A DNA stretch of 64,000 bases from Squalus acanthias (Eukaryota). Both the position numbers and the translations under genes were made by a program. Shown here piece after piece: positions 1-12,655 of this stretch. The notes below the pieces were generated by a model. The model was not told where the DNA came from. It was given only the letters and a program-made list of their open reading frames with translations, and searched no databases. Location of the stretch: positions 10,044,001 to 10,108,000 of the forward strand of contig CM059432.1 in the NCBI GenBank assembly GCA_030390025.1, written 5' to 3'. How positions within the stretch are numbered: position 1 is the stretch's first letter; every line of letters starts with the position of its first letter.

Positions 1-863
1 CTCCCCGATTATCAAAATCCACGACAAGGCCTTGGATAATGTGGACCACTTTCCATACCTCGGGAGCCTACTGTCAACAGGGGCAGACGTCGATCATGAA
101 GTCCAACACCGCCTTCAGTGTGCCAGTGCAGCCTTCGGTCACCTGAGGAAGAGAGTGTTTGAAGACCAGGACCTCAAACCTGGCACTAAGCTCATGGTCT
201 ACAGAGCAGTAGTGATACCCGCCCTCCTGTATGCCTCAGAGACATCGACCATGTACAGCAGGCACCTCAAAGCACTGGAGAGGTACCACCAATGCTGCCT
301 CCACAAGATCCTGCAAATCCATTGGCAGGATAGGCGCACCAACGTCAGTGTTCTCGCTCAGGCCAACATCCTCAGCTTTGAAGCTTTGACCACTCTTGAT
401 CAGCTCCGATGGACGGGCCACATCGTCCGCATACCCGATACGAGACTCCCAAAACAAGCGCTCTACTCGGAGCTCCGACACGGCAAGAGAGCCCCAGGTG
501 GGCAGAGGAAATGCTTCAAGGACACCCTCAAAGCCGCCTTGAAAAAGTGCAACATCCCCACCGACACATGGGAATCCCTGGCCCAAGACCGCACAAAGTG
601 AAGGAGAAGCATCCAGGAAGGCGCCGAACACCTCGAGTCTGTTCGCCAGGAGCAAGCGAAAGCCAAGCGCTGGCAGCGCAAGGAGCGCACGTCAACCCAA
701 GCACCCCACCCACCCGCCCCTTCAACCACCATCTGCCCCACCTGTGACAGAGACTGTAGGTCCCGCATTGGACTCATCAGTCACCTGAGAACTCATTTTT
801 AATGTGGAAGCAAGTCATCCTCGGTTCTGAGGGACTGCCTAAGAAGAAGAAGAAGAAGAAGAA
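1..863 (+). mobile_element. RTE-clade LINE, 3' end (runs off the window start)
   Basis: ORF 32-601 reads VDHFPYLGS...SAAFGHLRKRVF...YRAVVIPALLYASET...QLRWTGHIVRIPDTRLPK, typical of the RTE RT C-terminus. After one TGA (599-601) the same frame continues to a C2H2 finger CPTCDRDCRSRIGLISHLRTH (stop at 800-802). (AAG)n tail at 841-863. Confidence 0.88.
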
Positions 864-3747
864 TGGCTAGCATTTAAAGAATTAATACATAATTTACAAC
901 AAATATACATTCCTTTAAGGCACAAAAGCCCCACATGAAAAGTGGCCCAACCATGGCTAACAAGAGAAGTTAAAGATAGTATTTGATCAGAGGAAGAGGC
1001 TTATTACTTTGCCAAAAAGCATAGTAAGCCTGAGGATTGGGAGAATTTTAGAATTCAGCAAAGGAGGACCAAGAAATTGATAAGGAAAGAGAAAAAAGAA
1101 TATGAGAGTAAATTAGCAAGAGATATAAAAACATATTGTAAACGTTTCTATAGATATGTAAATAGGAAGAGGTTAGTGAAAGTAAATGTGGGCCCATTAG
1201 AGGCAGAGACAGGAGAAATTATAACGGACAATAAGGAAATGGCTGAGAAATAAAACAAATACTTTGCATCTGTCTTCATGGTAGAAGACACAAAAAAATT
1301 CCGGAAATAATGGGGAACCAAGGGTCTAGAGAGAACGAGGAACTTAAAGAAATCAGTATAAGTAAAGACATAGTACTGGAGAAATTAATGGGACTAAGTG
1401 GCAACAAATCCCCTGGACCTGATGACCTGCATCCTAGGGTTTTAAAAGAGTTTGCTGCAGAGATAGTGGATTCACTGGTATTAATATTCCAGAATTCTCT
1501 AGGTTCTAGAACAGTCCCCAAGGATTGGAAGGTAGCAAACATAACCCCGCTATTTAAGAAAGGAGGAAGAGAAAAAACGGGGAACTATAGGCCAGTTAGC
1601 CTGACACCAGTAGTAGGCAAAATGCTAGAATCTACTATTAGGGACGTGGTAACAGGGCACTTAGAAAATCATATTGGGCCAGAAATTCGGTTTTCCGGCT
1701 TCCTGCGGGTGCAAGCATCACGCGCGTACTTGCCTACCGCGCCTGCTGTTGTGCTTTGGGCCCACGAGGACTTTGACTCCTGGGCCTCCTGCAGCTGCCG
1801 GCGTGCAGTGCTTGCGTATCCCAGGGGTGCAGTTAGTTCGAGGCGTCCCCTGGGATCACGTGGGCCATGGAGAGCCAATCGGAGCAGGGCATTTTCATTC
1901 ATAGATTTGACAGGAAGACCTGTCAAATCTATGAATAGAGATCAGCCCCAAAACCACACTTAAACTTCAAATAATTTTTTTTTTAATCACATTTTTTAAA
2001 TAACTATAAGTTACATAAATTAACTACTTCAAACAAAAATTTAAATTTTTGAAAAAATTAATTATACTTTTAACGGTGCTAAAAATAAACTTACCTTTCT
2101 TTAAAGTATCTAAAAAAGATAAACCTGTTGAAAAAATGTTTAAATTGTAATTAATTAACCACTTACCTTGTTAAAAACAGGCCATGCGCCTCCTTTTTAA
2201 AAGCGCAGCTTCTCCATACTTACCCTCCCGGAGAAACCTGAAAAAAAAAACAAAGTTCACTGCGTGCACGCAGCCTCTCCTGCGCACGCGTTCGACTTCT
2301 GAACCCCTCCCTTCAGGGGAACGGAAGTTCCGGTTTCCCGCGCATGCGCAGTGCATGCAGGAAACCGACACTTCAGGTGGCCTTACGGGTGAGTACACAG
2401 CGCGTACTCAGCCGACAACAGCCGAATTTCTGGCCCAATATGATTAGGCATAGTCAACATGGTTTTATGAAAGGGAAATCGTGTTCGACAAATCTGTTAG
2501 AGTTTTTCGAAGATGTAACTAGTAGGATGGATAAAGGGGAATCAGTGGATGTAGTGTATTTGGATTTTCAAAAAGCATTTATAATGGTGCCACACAAGAG
2601 GTTATTACACAAAATTAGGACTCATGGTATTGGGGGTAATATATTAGCATGGATTGAGGATAGGTTAATAGACAGAAAACAGAGAGTGGGAATAAACAGG
2701 ACTTTTTCAGGTTGGCAGGCTGTAACTAGTGGGGTACGGCAAGGATCAGTGCTGGGGCCTCAGCTATTTATAATCTATATTCATGATTTAGATGAAGGGA
2801 CTGAGTGTAATGTATCCAAGTTTGCTGATGATACAAAGTTAGGTGGGAAAGTAAACTGTGAGGAGGATGCAAAGAGGCTGCAGAGAGACATAGACAGGTT
2901 GACTGAGTGGGCAAGAACATGGCAAATGAATTACATTGTGGGGAAGTGTGAAGTTATCCACTTTGGTAGGAAAAACAAAAGGTAAAATATTTTTTGAATT
3001 GTGAGAGACTGGGAAATGTTTGCACTCAGAGGGACCTGGGTGTCCTTGTACATGAATCACAGAAAATTAACATACAGGTACAGCAAGCAATTAGGAAAGC
3101 AAATGATATGTTAGCTTTTGTTAAAAAGGGATTGGAGTATAAAGTAAAGAAGTCCTACTACAATTATACAGGGCGTTGGTGAGACCACACCTGGAGTACT
3201 GTGTACAGTTCTGGTCTTACCGAAGGAAAGACATACTTGCCTTAGAGGAAGTGCAACGAAGGTTCACTAGACTGGTTCCTGGGATGAGGGGATTGCCCTA
3301 CGAGGAAAGATTGAGTAGACTAGGCCTATATTCCTTAGAGTTTAGAAGAATGAGAGGTGATCTAATTGAAACATATAAAATTCTTAAGGGGCTTGACAGG
3401 GTTAATGCTGGGAAAATGTTTCCCCTGGCTGGGGAATCAAGAACACAGGGTCACAGTCTCAAAATAAGGGGTCGGCCATTTAGGACTGAGATGAGGAGAA
3501 ATTCTTCACTCAAAGGGTGGAGATTCTTTGGAATTCTCTACCCCAGAGGGCTGTGGAGGCTCAGTCGTTGAGTATACTCAAGACAGAGGTCGATAGATTT
3601 TTGGATACTAAGGGAATTAAGGAGTATGGGGATAGTGCGGGAAGGTGGAGTTGAGGTAGAAGACCAGCCATGATCTTGATGAATGGTGGAGCAGGCTCAA
3701 GGGGCCAAATGGCCTACTCCTGCTCCTATTTCTTATGTTCATATGTT
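864..3747 (+). mobile_element. CR1 LINE ORF2 (RT) and 3' UTR, decayed, interrupted by a MITE at 1676-2436
   Basis: Motifs KSPGPDDLHPRVLKE, NYRPVSLT, QHGFMKGKSC, YLDFQKAF, QGSVLGP, FADDTK, RPHLEYCVQFWS. Ends in the CR1 3' UTR with a TTCTTATG-type tail. Contains stops and frameshifts. Confidence 0.95.
1676..2436. mobile_element. Non-autonomous PIF/Harbinger-type MITE (761 bp)
   Basis: 15-bp TIRs GGGCCAGAAATTCGG / CCGAATTTCTGGCCC. Flanks are ATT and AAT, an imperfect 3-bp TSD. Removing the element restores the CR1 frame HLENH-N-MIRHSQHG. Confidence 0.85.
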
Positions 3748-4059
3748 ATTACATTAACCCTGGTCACTCAGCTGAAACCTGGCGGGTGGGCAGTTAAAAT
3801 CACCCTGGCTCTTACCTGCCCGAAAGCCGCCATGATTCCAGCATCTGCAATTTTAACCTGCTCTCTTGAGCAGGCAGCAAGGACACCCGCCCGGAGCCAA
3901 CAGAGGGGTCCTTTTTTACATATGCATGTTACGGCCCGATGACATCATTGAGACCCGACTGTAATTTTTAACTCAGGCCTGAGCGGGGAATCCACCTGGA
4001 GATAAATCAAGACCAGTTTCTCGGGAAAGGCTGGTACTGAAAATAAAAAAAACGGGAAC

Positions 4060-4590
4060 CAGTGGAAATATTTTGCATTTGGATACGTAATTGGTTGGCA
4101 GATAGAACCTGGAGGATAGTGGTGCAGGGATTGTCATTTGCCTGCAAGAACGTTACCAGTGGGGTCCCAACGGGAGTCTGTTTTGGGACCTCTTGTTTAA
4201 TATCTTTATAAATTATTTGGAGCTCGGAGTCACAAGTCACACAGTGGCTAACTTGGCAGATGATACAAAAGTAATGAAGGTGGTAGATTCCAAAGCTGAA
4301 CAGGATAAGCTACAGTTGGCTTTGTATAGATTTGAGAATTGGGCAAACAGATGAAATTCAATGTAGAGAAATGCAAAGTGTGAACAAAAAATCCAGGAAG
4401 AGACTTTTACTTAAATGGAAAGAAAGTATTTGCCTCAATTTTTCTACAATATGGAGACTAATACTGTGCACAGTACTCTAAGTGTGGTCTAACCAAGGTT
4501 CTATACAAGTTTAACAGAACCTCTCTGCTTTTCAGTTCTATCCCTCTAGAAATGAAGCCAGTGCTTTATTTGCTTATTTTTGTTGCCTTA
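4060..4590. mobile_element. Old CR1 fragments (plus-strand RT piece, then minus-strand piece)
   Basis: GTTACCAGTGGGGTCCCA...TTTTGGGACC (VTSGVP..LG) and GCAGATGATACAAAA (ADDTK) on plus. The reverse of RPHLEYCAQ lies at about 4465-4495. Confidence 0.7.
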
Positions 4591-4595
4591 AAAAA

Positions 4596-5037
4596 AACTT
4601 GCATTTATATAGCGCCTTTCAGGACATCCCAAAGCATTTACAGCCAATGAAGTACTTTTTGAAGTGTAGTCACTGTTGTAATGTAGGAAAAGCAGCAGCC
4701 AATTTGCACACAGCAAGCTCCCACAAACAGCAATGTGATAATGACCAGATCATCTATTTTTTAGTCATGTTGATTGAGGGATAAATATATTGGCCAGGAC
4801 ACCGGGGAGAACTCCCCTGCTCTTCTTCGAAATAGTGCCACGGGACCATTTACATCCACCTGAGAGGGCAGACGGGGCCTCGGTTTAACACCCCATCTGA
4901 CAGACAGCACCCGCGACAGTGCAGCACTCCCTCCAGCACTGCACTGGGAGCGTCAGCCTCGATTTTTGTGCCCAGGATTGGGACTTGAACGCACAACCTT
5001 CTGACTTCAGAGTGCTACTCACTGAGCCACAGCTGAC
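4596..5037 (-). mobile_element. tRNA-derived DeuSINE (SacSINE1-like) with L2-type tail
   Basis: Minus strand shows an A box TGGCTCAGTGAG, a B box GTTCAAGTC, a Deu-like core GTGCTGTCTGTCAGATGGGGTGTTAAACCGAGGCCCC, and a tail GGCGCTATATAAATGCAAGTT that is shared with L2 ends in this window. Confidence 0.8.
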
Positions 5038-5164
5038 TTCAGGATAGGTCAATAGCAGTGAATTTACCGACAGAATTTAAACTCCACTTTTACGAGAGGA
5101 GGTAAATCTCATTCTTATGTGACTATACATAGCAAGTTCTCCAGTTGGTTAATTAGACCTGATT

Positions 5165-5422
5165 TGCAGACTGACTGAAAAATTAGCCATTTTCCATAAC
5201 AGGGGAAAATATGTCCTTTCTAATGGAACATGGGAAGCATAATTGTAATGTTGAAGAAATGTTCATAAATTGTGCTAATTGGAGCTAATTTACATACACA
5301 TTAGCTCTAATTAGCATAACTCATTGCTACATCAGTCTTATAGGGATGACAATTCCAATATCCAAGTTTCATTGAAAGAACTTATATTTCTTTATATTTC
5401 AAGAGTTACAGTCAGTTTGTTC
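5165..5422. repeat. Degenerate long palindrome (foldback element)
   Basis: Core 22-bp arms at 5268-5289 and 5300-5321 (3 mismatches) around a 10-nt loop. Arm similarity continues outward with indels. Confidence 0.65.
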
Positions 5423-5986
5423 ATAATTTTTGAGCATGATCAAAATTGTAGCAATGAACTGGTAGAAAAGAATTGCAGTTAAGTTAATTGAAGGATGAAA
5501 TTGTTACCAGCTTGATTGAGCTGAATTACTGACTATGGTGCACGCACATATATTATTCCTCAAACAGACAGTGACATGATCACTTCACCAACAAAATAAA
5601 GAGTAATCAACCTGTAATAGGCCAGTCAAATTGTGCCCATCAGTACAAATGGATATAAACGATTACAATTCTCTTAAAGGCATTTGCGACTCTGTTTAGT
5701 ATTCTGAATGGACATTGAATTTGTATGCTAATTTTTGCTGAATCCGATCTCCATTTAGGATAATAAAAATCCCACATTCTGGTTAGGATGAGTTCCACCT
5801 CTGGCTTTGGAGAGACCCATGACGCCAACAAGGATTTGCAGACACCATTCCTAAGCCCCAATTTTAACTCGAGGCGGAAATTGTGCCGGCAGGGCGGGAC
5901 AGCAAGCTCCCCATGACATTATCGTCATGAGTACCAGGCTAGTTTAACTCCCGGGCCTTATCAACATTTGAAGAGCGAACAATTGT

Positions 5987-7825
5987 CTATTTACAATCTA
6001 TATTAATGACTTGGATGAAGGGACCGAGTGTACAGTAGCCAAATTTGCTGATGATACAAAGATAGGTGGGTTAGCAAGTTGTGAGGAGGACACAAAGGGC
6101 TGGATTTTGAAACTGGGGTCGGGTTGGGGTCGTGAATCACACATTTTGGCTTGTAAACCCGCCTCCATCGAGATGTGGCCAACCCACTGTATTTTCCCTT
6201 AATTGACCTTGTTGAGCCCGCCCAGTGGCCTCAGCAGGCCAATTAAGGGCCACCCGGCAACAGGTGACGTCACAGACTGACATTTCATCTGTCAAGAGCT
6301 TTTGACAGATGAAATATCAGCGTTTGACAGCTCTGTGAAGCTGTCAAACACTGACAGTATGATTTCTAACTTCAGTCCTTCCTCTCAGGCTGAGTTAGAA
6401 ATCATTCCACCACAGAAAACAGAAGGCTGCAGTTTTTGACAGGTCCACGGCTTTTCTGCTTTCTGTGCCGGTGAGATTTCTGACTCCCGAGAACTGAAGG
6501 GCTGACACCTGCAGGAGGAAGTTAAGGTAAGTAAAACTTTTTCCAACACTTAGCACTTACCTTATACACTTACCTCTGCACACATGCACCCATCACTCAC
6601 CTGCCCACAGGACATATCGACCCCTCCAACCCCTGCAGACCCACGGTCCACCCCAATAACTTGGCGTGGTTGCCACCTGTCGGGAAGCCCACATTTCACC
6701 GTTTAAAATAGGGATTATCCAAAAAACTGCCTGTTAACTACCTGTTAACAGGCAGTTAATTGTCACTAATCCCTTCCCTCCTCGGGGAGTCGGGTCTCAG
6801 ATCAGGTCGGGTACCCGCCGCCAGAAAAACTGGCATGGAGGCGGGTTGGAGGCGGGATGGGGTCAGGACCCCCGAATCTGCAACTTTAACCCCCCACACG
6901 CCTCCAAACCTGACTCCACGGGTCATTGAAAATCCAGCCCAAAGAGTCTGCAAAGGGAAATAGATAGGTTAAGTGAGTGGGCAAAAATTTGGCAGATGGA
7001 GTATAATGTGGGAAAATGTGAGGTTATCCACTTTGGAAGGAAGAATGAAAAAGCAAATTATTATTTAAATGGAGTGAGACTACAAAATGTTGCGGTACAA
7101 AGTGATTTGGGGGTCCTAGTACATGAAACACAAAAAGTTAGCATGCAGGTACAGCAAGTAATTAGGAAGGCTAATGGAATGTTGGCCTTTATTGCAAGGA
7201 GTATGGAGTATAAAAGTAGGGAAGTTTTGATGCAACTTTACAGGGCGCTGGTGAGACCGCACCTGGAGTACTGCGTACAGTTTTGGTCTCCATATTTAAG
7301 GAAGGATATACCTGCATTGGAGGCAGTGCAGAGAAGGTTCACTAGGTTGATTCCTGGGATGAAGGGGTTGTCTTATGAAGAAAGGTTGAGCAGGTTGGGC
7401 CTATACTCATTGGAGTTTAGAAGAATGAGAGGTGATCTTATTGAAACATATAAGATTCTGAGGGGGATTGACAGGGTGGATGCTGAGAGGATGTTTCCCC
7501 TAGTGGGGGAATCTAGAACTAGGGGGCATAGTTTCAGAATAAGGGGTCGCCCATTTAAAACGGAGATGAGGAGGAATTTCTTCTCTCAGAGGGTCATGAA
7601 TCTTTGGAATTCTCTACCCTGCAGAGTTGTGGAGGCGGAGTCATTGAATATATTCAAGGCAGAGATTGACAGACATTTGAGCTACAAGGGAGTCAAGGGG
7701 TATGGGGAGTGAGCGGGAAAGTGGTGTTGAGGCCAAGATTGGATCAGCCATGATCTTATTGAATGGCGGAGCAGGCTCGAGGAGCCGATTGGCCGACTCC
7801 TGCTCCTGTTTCTTATGTTCTTATG
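5987..7825 (+). mobile_element. 5'-truncated CR1 LINE interrupted by a MITE
   Basis: INDLDEGTECTVAKFADDTK precedes the MITE. ORF 6996-7712 is the CR1 RT C-terminus, followed by a 3' UTR and TTCTTATG x2 tail. Confidence 0.95.
6097..6940. mobile_element. Non-autonomous PIF/Harbinger-type MITE (844 bp)
   Basis: 12-bp perfect TIRs GGGCTGGATTTT / AAAATCCAGCCC and a 3-bp TSD AAA. Excision restores CR1 EEDTKSLQ. Confidence 0.88.
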
Positions 7826-9249
7826 TCCCGATCGCCTGCAGGATCAGGCAGTACCGCCCACTTAGAACCGCGCAATCCCCCGCTCCTTTCTCAACTGCCT
7901 GCTGATTGACTGAGTTGTCTGGGCAGGTCCTCGTCCCGTTAGGCTGTGTACCCCCCAGAGTCCGAGGCCAAACTATAAAACGTACATCAGGCTCTCCCTC
8001 GCTAACCGGCAGCGGGCTGATGCTTGCTGGCTTGGATTCCATCGGAAGCCCACCCTGCATACGTAACCGCCCACCCGCCATCCCAGAAAATGGGTTGGGG
8101 TCGCGGCAGGGTCAGTGCACTACCACCCTCCTCCAGGGGTAAGAAGAGAACTGAGGCCAGAAACTCAAGGCGAAGTGGTCAAATCGGCAATGATCTCCAA
8201 ACTGGGAGGGGCAGTGGAATCGGAGGCAGCAACTCAGAAATTGCACACAAAGTTGGCAAAATAAGCATGTAGACAGAGGAATGGCAAATGAAATTTAACT
8301 CAAACCAGTGCAAGGCGCTGCGTTCAGGAAAGGAAAATAAGCAACACACATACTCAAAGCAATTGGGCGATTGTAGGTTGTTTCTCTTTGGATGATTTAA
8401 GATGGGCCTAAAGGCCTTCCTCGTACTTAAATATCGTGATTTTTGCAAAGATTATAGAGGAAATGACGCTGAAAATAAAGAGAAATTATCGTATAGACAA
8501 TACTTCAAATCGAGCTTGTAAATTCAATTGAAATTTGCCTTAAATGGATGTCAATTGTGCGCTGCACAGTGATAGCATTATCATTTAGTCTAATCCATAT
8601 ATTCTACTCGCTCGTCATCCAAATCAATCAGATTTGTTATAACAAGACATGTCATCGCTGGTGACTGAAGTTATATCATAGTTCTGACAAGGTTATGTGC
8701 AGCCTCGGCAACAATTTTCTTGTCACCTTTATGCTGAAAAATGTCAGTTTGAGAATAGTGAGAATAACAAAGCTGTCAGTTTGCTGCAAAATCGCAGCAG
8801 ATTCAATCCACAAGTTCATGAAGATGAATCACACAATGTTGAAATGTGCCACTTTTTTTTCAAAAACCATAAAAGCAAGATCGGAAAATATCATGCTGCA
8901 AACGAATATTTGATTGTGTGCGTGTGTGTGTGAGTGTGAGTGTGTTTTTTTTTTATTCGTTTTTATGGGATGTGGGTGTCGCTGGCAAGGCCAGCATTTA
9001 TTGCCCATCCCTAATTGCCCTCGAGAGAAGGTGGTGGTGAGCCGCCTTCTTGAACCGCTGCAGTCCGTGTGGTGAAGGTGCTCCCACAGTGCTGTTAGGG
9101 ACGGAGTTCCAGGATTTTGACCCAGCGATGATGAAGGATCGGCGATATTCTTCTAAGTCAGGATGGTGTGTGACTTGGAGGGGAACTTGGAGGTGGTGGT
9201 GTTCCCATGCGCCTGCTGCCCTTGTTCTTCTAGGTGGAAGAGGTCGTGG

Positions 9250-12200
9250 ATAACACGTTTAGCGAGTTGGTGACACCGCAGGTAAAGGGTGTACAGGCAG
9301 GAAGTGAATGGGTGACCACCAGGCAGAGTAAGAGGTGCAGGCAGGTAGTGCAGGGGTCCCCTGTGGCCATCCCCCTCTCAAACAGATATACCACTTTGGA
9401 TGCTGTTGGGGGGGATGACTTATCAGGGGAAGGCAGCAGCAGCCAACTTCCTGGCACCATGGGTGGCTCTGCTGCACAGGCTGGGAGGAAAAAGTGTGGA
9501 AGAGCTATAGTGATAGGGGATTCAATTGTAAGGGGAATAGATAGGCGTTTCTGCGGCCGCAATCGAGACTCCAGGATGGTGTGTTGCCTCCCTGGTGCAA
9601 GGGTCAAGGACGTCTTGGAGCAGCTACAGAACATTTTGGAGGGGGAGGGCGAACAGCCAGTTGTCGTGGTGCACATAGGCACCAACGATATAGGTAAAAA
9701 ATGGGATGAGGTCCTAAAAACAGAATATAGGGAGTTAGGAGGTAAATTAAAAAAGAGGACCTCAAAGGTAGTAATCTCAGGATTAATCAGGAAATAGTTG
9801 GGGCATGTAATAAGGGAACAGCTATAATTATGGGGGATTTTAACTATCATATTAACTGGACAAATCAAATTGGGCAGGGCAGCCTTGAGGAAGAGTTTAT
9901 TGAGTGTATTAGGGATGGATTTCTTGAGCAGTATGTAACTGATCCTACAAGGGGGCAAGCAACCTTGGACCTGGTACTGTGTAATGAGTCTGGATTAATT
10001 AATAATGTCCTAGTTAAGGATCCCCTTGGAATGAGTGACCATAACATGGTTGAATTCCATATCCAATTAGAGGGTGAGAAGGTTGGTTCTCAAACAAGCA
10101 TACTGAGCTTGAATAAAGGAGACTATGATGGCATGAGAGCAGAATTGATTAAAGTGGACTGGGAAAATAGATTAAAGGGTAAGACGGTACATGAGCAGTG
10201 GTGTTCATTCAAGGAGTTATTTTACAACTTTCAAAATAAATATATTCCACTGAGGAAAAAAGGGTGTAAAAGAAATGACAGCCATCCATGGCTAAGTAAA
10301 GAAATTAAAGAAAGTATCCAACTAAAAACAAGGACATATAAGGTAGCCAAAGTTAGTGGGAGGATAGAAGATTGGGAAGTCTTCAAAAGACAACAAAAAG
10401 TAACTAAAGGATTGATTAAGAAAGGGAAAATAGACTATGAAAATAAATTAGCAAAAAATATAAAAACAGATAGCAAGAGTTTCTATAGTTATATAAAAAG
10501 AAAAAGGGTGGTTAAGGCAAACGTAGGTCCCTTAGAGGATGAGACCGGAAAATTAATGGTGGGAAACATGGAGATGGCAAAAATGCTGAACAAATATTTT
10601 GTTTCAGTCTTTACGGTAGAGGACACTAAGAATATCCCAACACTGGACAAACAGGGGGCTCTAGTGGGGGAGGAGCTAAATACGATTAAAATCACTAAGG
10701 AATTGGTACTCAGTAAAATAATGGGACTCAAGGCGGATAAATCCCCTGGACCTGATGGCTTACATCCTAGGGTCTTGAGGGAAGTGGCAGTAGGAATTGT
10801 GGATGCTTTGGTAATAATTTTCCAAAACTCCCTGAACTCAGCAAAGGTCCCGGCAGATTGGAAAACTGCTAATGTAACACCCTTATTTAAAAAGGGTAGT
10901 AGGCAGAAGGCTGGAAATTATAGACCAGTTAGCCTAACATCTGTGGTGGGTAAAATTTTGGAGTCTATTATTAAGGAGACAGTAACAGAACATTTAGATA
11001 AACATAATTTAATAGGACAAAGTCAGCATGGCTTTATGAAGGGGAAGTCTTGTCTGACAAAGTTGCTCGAGTTCTTTGAGGACATAACGTACAGGGTGGA
11101 TAAAGGGGAACCAGTGGATGTAGTGTATTTAGACTTCCAGAAGGCATTCGACAAGGTGCCACATAAAAGATTATTACTCAAGATAAAAAATCACTGGATT
11201 GGGGGTAATATTCTGGCATGGGTGGAGGATTGGTTATCTAACAGGAAGTAGAGAGTTGGGATAAATGGTTCATTCTTGGACTGGCAACCAGTAGCCAGTG
11301 GTGTTCCGCAGGGGTCGGTGCTGGGTCCCCAACTCTTTACAATCTATATTAACGATTTGGAGGAGGGGACCAAGTGTAACATATCAAAGTTTGCAGATGA
11401 TACAAAGATGGGAGGGAAAGTAGAGAGTGAGGAGGACATAAAAAACCTACAAGGGGATATAGAAAGGCTGGGTGAGTGGGCAGAGATTTGGCAGATGCAA
11501 TACAATATTGGAAAATGTGAGGTTATGCACTTTGGCAGGAAAAATCAGAGAGCAAGTTATTATCTTAATGGCGAGAAACTGGAAAGTACTGCAGTACAAA
11601 GGGATCTGGGGGTCTTGGTGCAAGAAAATCAAAAAGTTAGTATGCAGGTGCAGCAGGTGATCAAGAAAGCCAATGGAATGTTGGCTTTTATTGCTAGGGG
11701 GATAGAATATAAAAACAGGGAGGTATTGCTGCAGTTGTATAGGGTATTGGTGAGACCGCACCTGGAATACTGCATACAGTTTTGGTGTCCATACTTAAGA
11801 AAAGACATACTTGCTCTCGAGGCAGTACAAAGAAGGTTCACTCGGTTAATTCCGGGGATGAGGGGGTGGACATACGAGGAGAGGTTGAGTAGATTGGGAC
11901 TCTACTCATTGGAGTTCAGAAGAATGAGAGGCGATCTTATTGAAACATATAAGATTGTGAAGGGGCTTGATCGGGTGGACGCGGTGAGGATGTTCCCAAG
12001 GATGGGTGAAACTAGAACTAGGGGGCATAATCTTAGAATAAGGGGCTCCTCTTTCAAAACTGAGATGAGGAGAAACTTCTTCACTCAGAGGGTAGTAGGT
12101 CTGTGGAATTTGCTACCCCAGGAAGCTGTGGAAGCTACTTCATTAAATAAATTTAAAACAGAAATAGACCGTTTCCTAGAAGTAAAGGGAATCAGGGGTT

Positions 12201-12655
12201 ACGGGGAGCGGGCTGGAAATTGGACATGAGTTTGAGTTCGGATCGGTCAAGGCCCTGTGGGTGGCGGAGCGGGCTCAGGGGCCGAGTGGCCTGGTCCTGC
12301 TCCTACTTCTTGTGTTCTTTAGAGTTGAGGTTGGATCAGATCAGCCATGATCTCATTGAATGGCGGAGCAGGCTCGAGGGGCCGATTGGTCTACTCCTGC
12401 TCCTATTTCTTATGTTCTTATGTTCTTATGCTACCAGTGCCACGTGCTAGTCAGAGTAGAAATAGGAGGATATTTCAAATGAATACATGGCTAGAGGAAT
12501 GGTGCAAGGGGGAGGGATTCAAATTCCTTGGACATTGGAACTGGTTCTGGGGGTGGTGGGACCAATACAAACGGGACGGTCTGCACCTGGGCAGGGCCGG
12601 GACCGATGTCCTAGGGGGAGTGTTTGCTAGTGCTGTTGGGGAGGGTTTAAACTAA
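9250..12655 (+). pseudogene. CR1 A ORF1p, SGNH esterase domain (split: 9250-9785 and 12431-12655)
   Basis: KVVISGL|LPVPRASQSRNRRIFQMNTWL...YKRDGLHL joins in frame once 9786-12430 is removed. Confidence 0.88.
9786..12430 (+). mobile_element. Young 5'-truncated CR1 LINE B nested in ORF1 of CR1 A
   Basis: ORFs 9830-11251 and 11276-12229 share one frame separated by a single TAG. EN tail MGDFN...SDHN plus full RT motifs. Doubled 3' UTR and TTCTTATG x3 tail. Confidence 0.95.

Noticed and set aside
4975..5037. tRNA gene
   Set aside because: The A and B boxes belong to a SINE head, and there is no complete cloverleaf.
3750..8160. GC-rich blocks at 3750-3995, 5855-5985 and 7826-8160 as defined MITEs
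   Set aside because: They carry ATTTTAAC-type motifs and are probably MITE remnants, but TIR pairs and TSDs could not be established.
8400..8933. Short ORFs in unique sequence, or the Harbinger Myb partner
   Set aside because: No recognisable domain or clear splice structure.
9234..9797. Host GDSL lipase gene
   Set aside because: It is the esterase domain of CR1 ORF1, directly upstream of CR1 ORF2.
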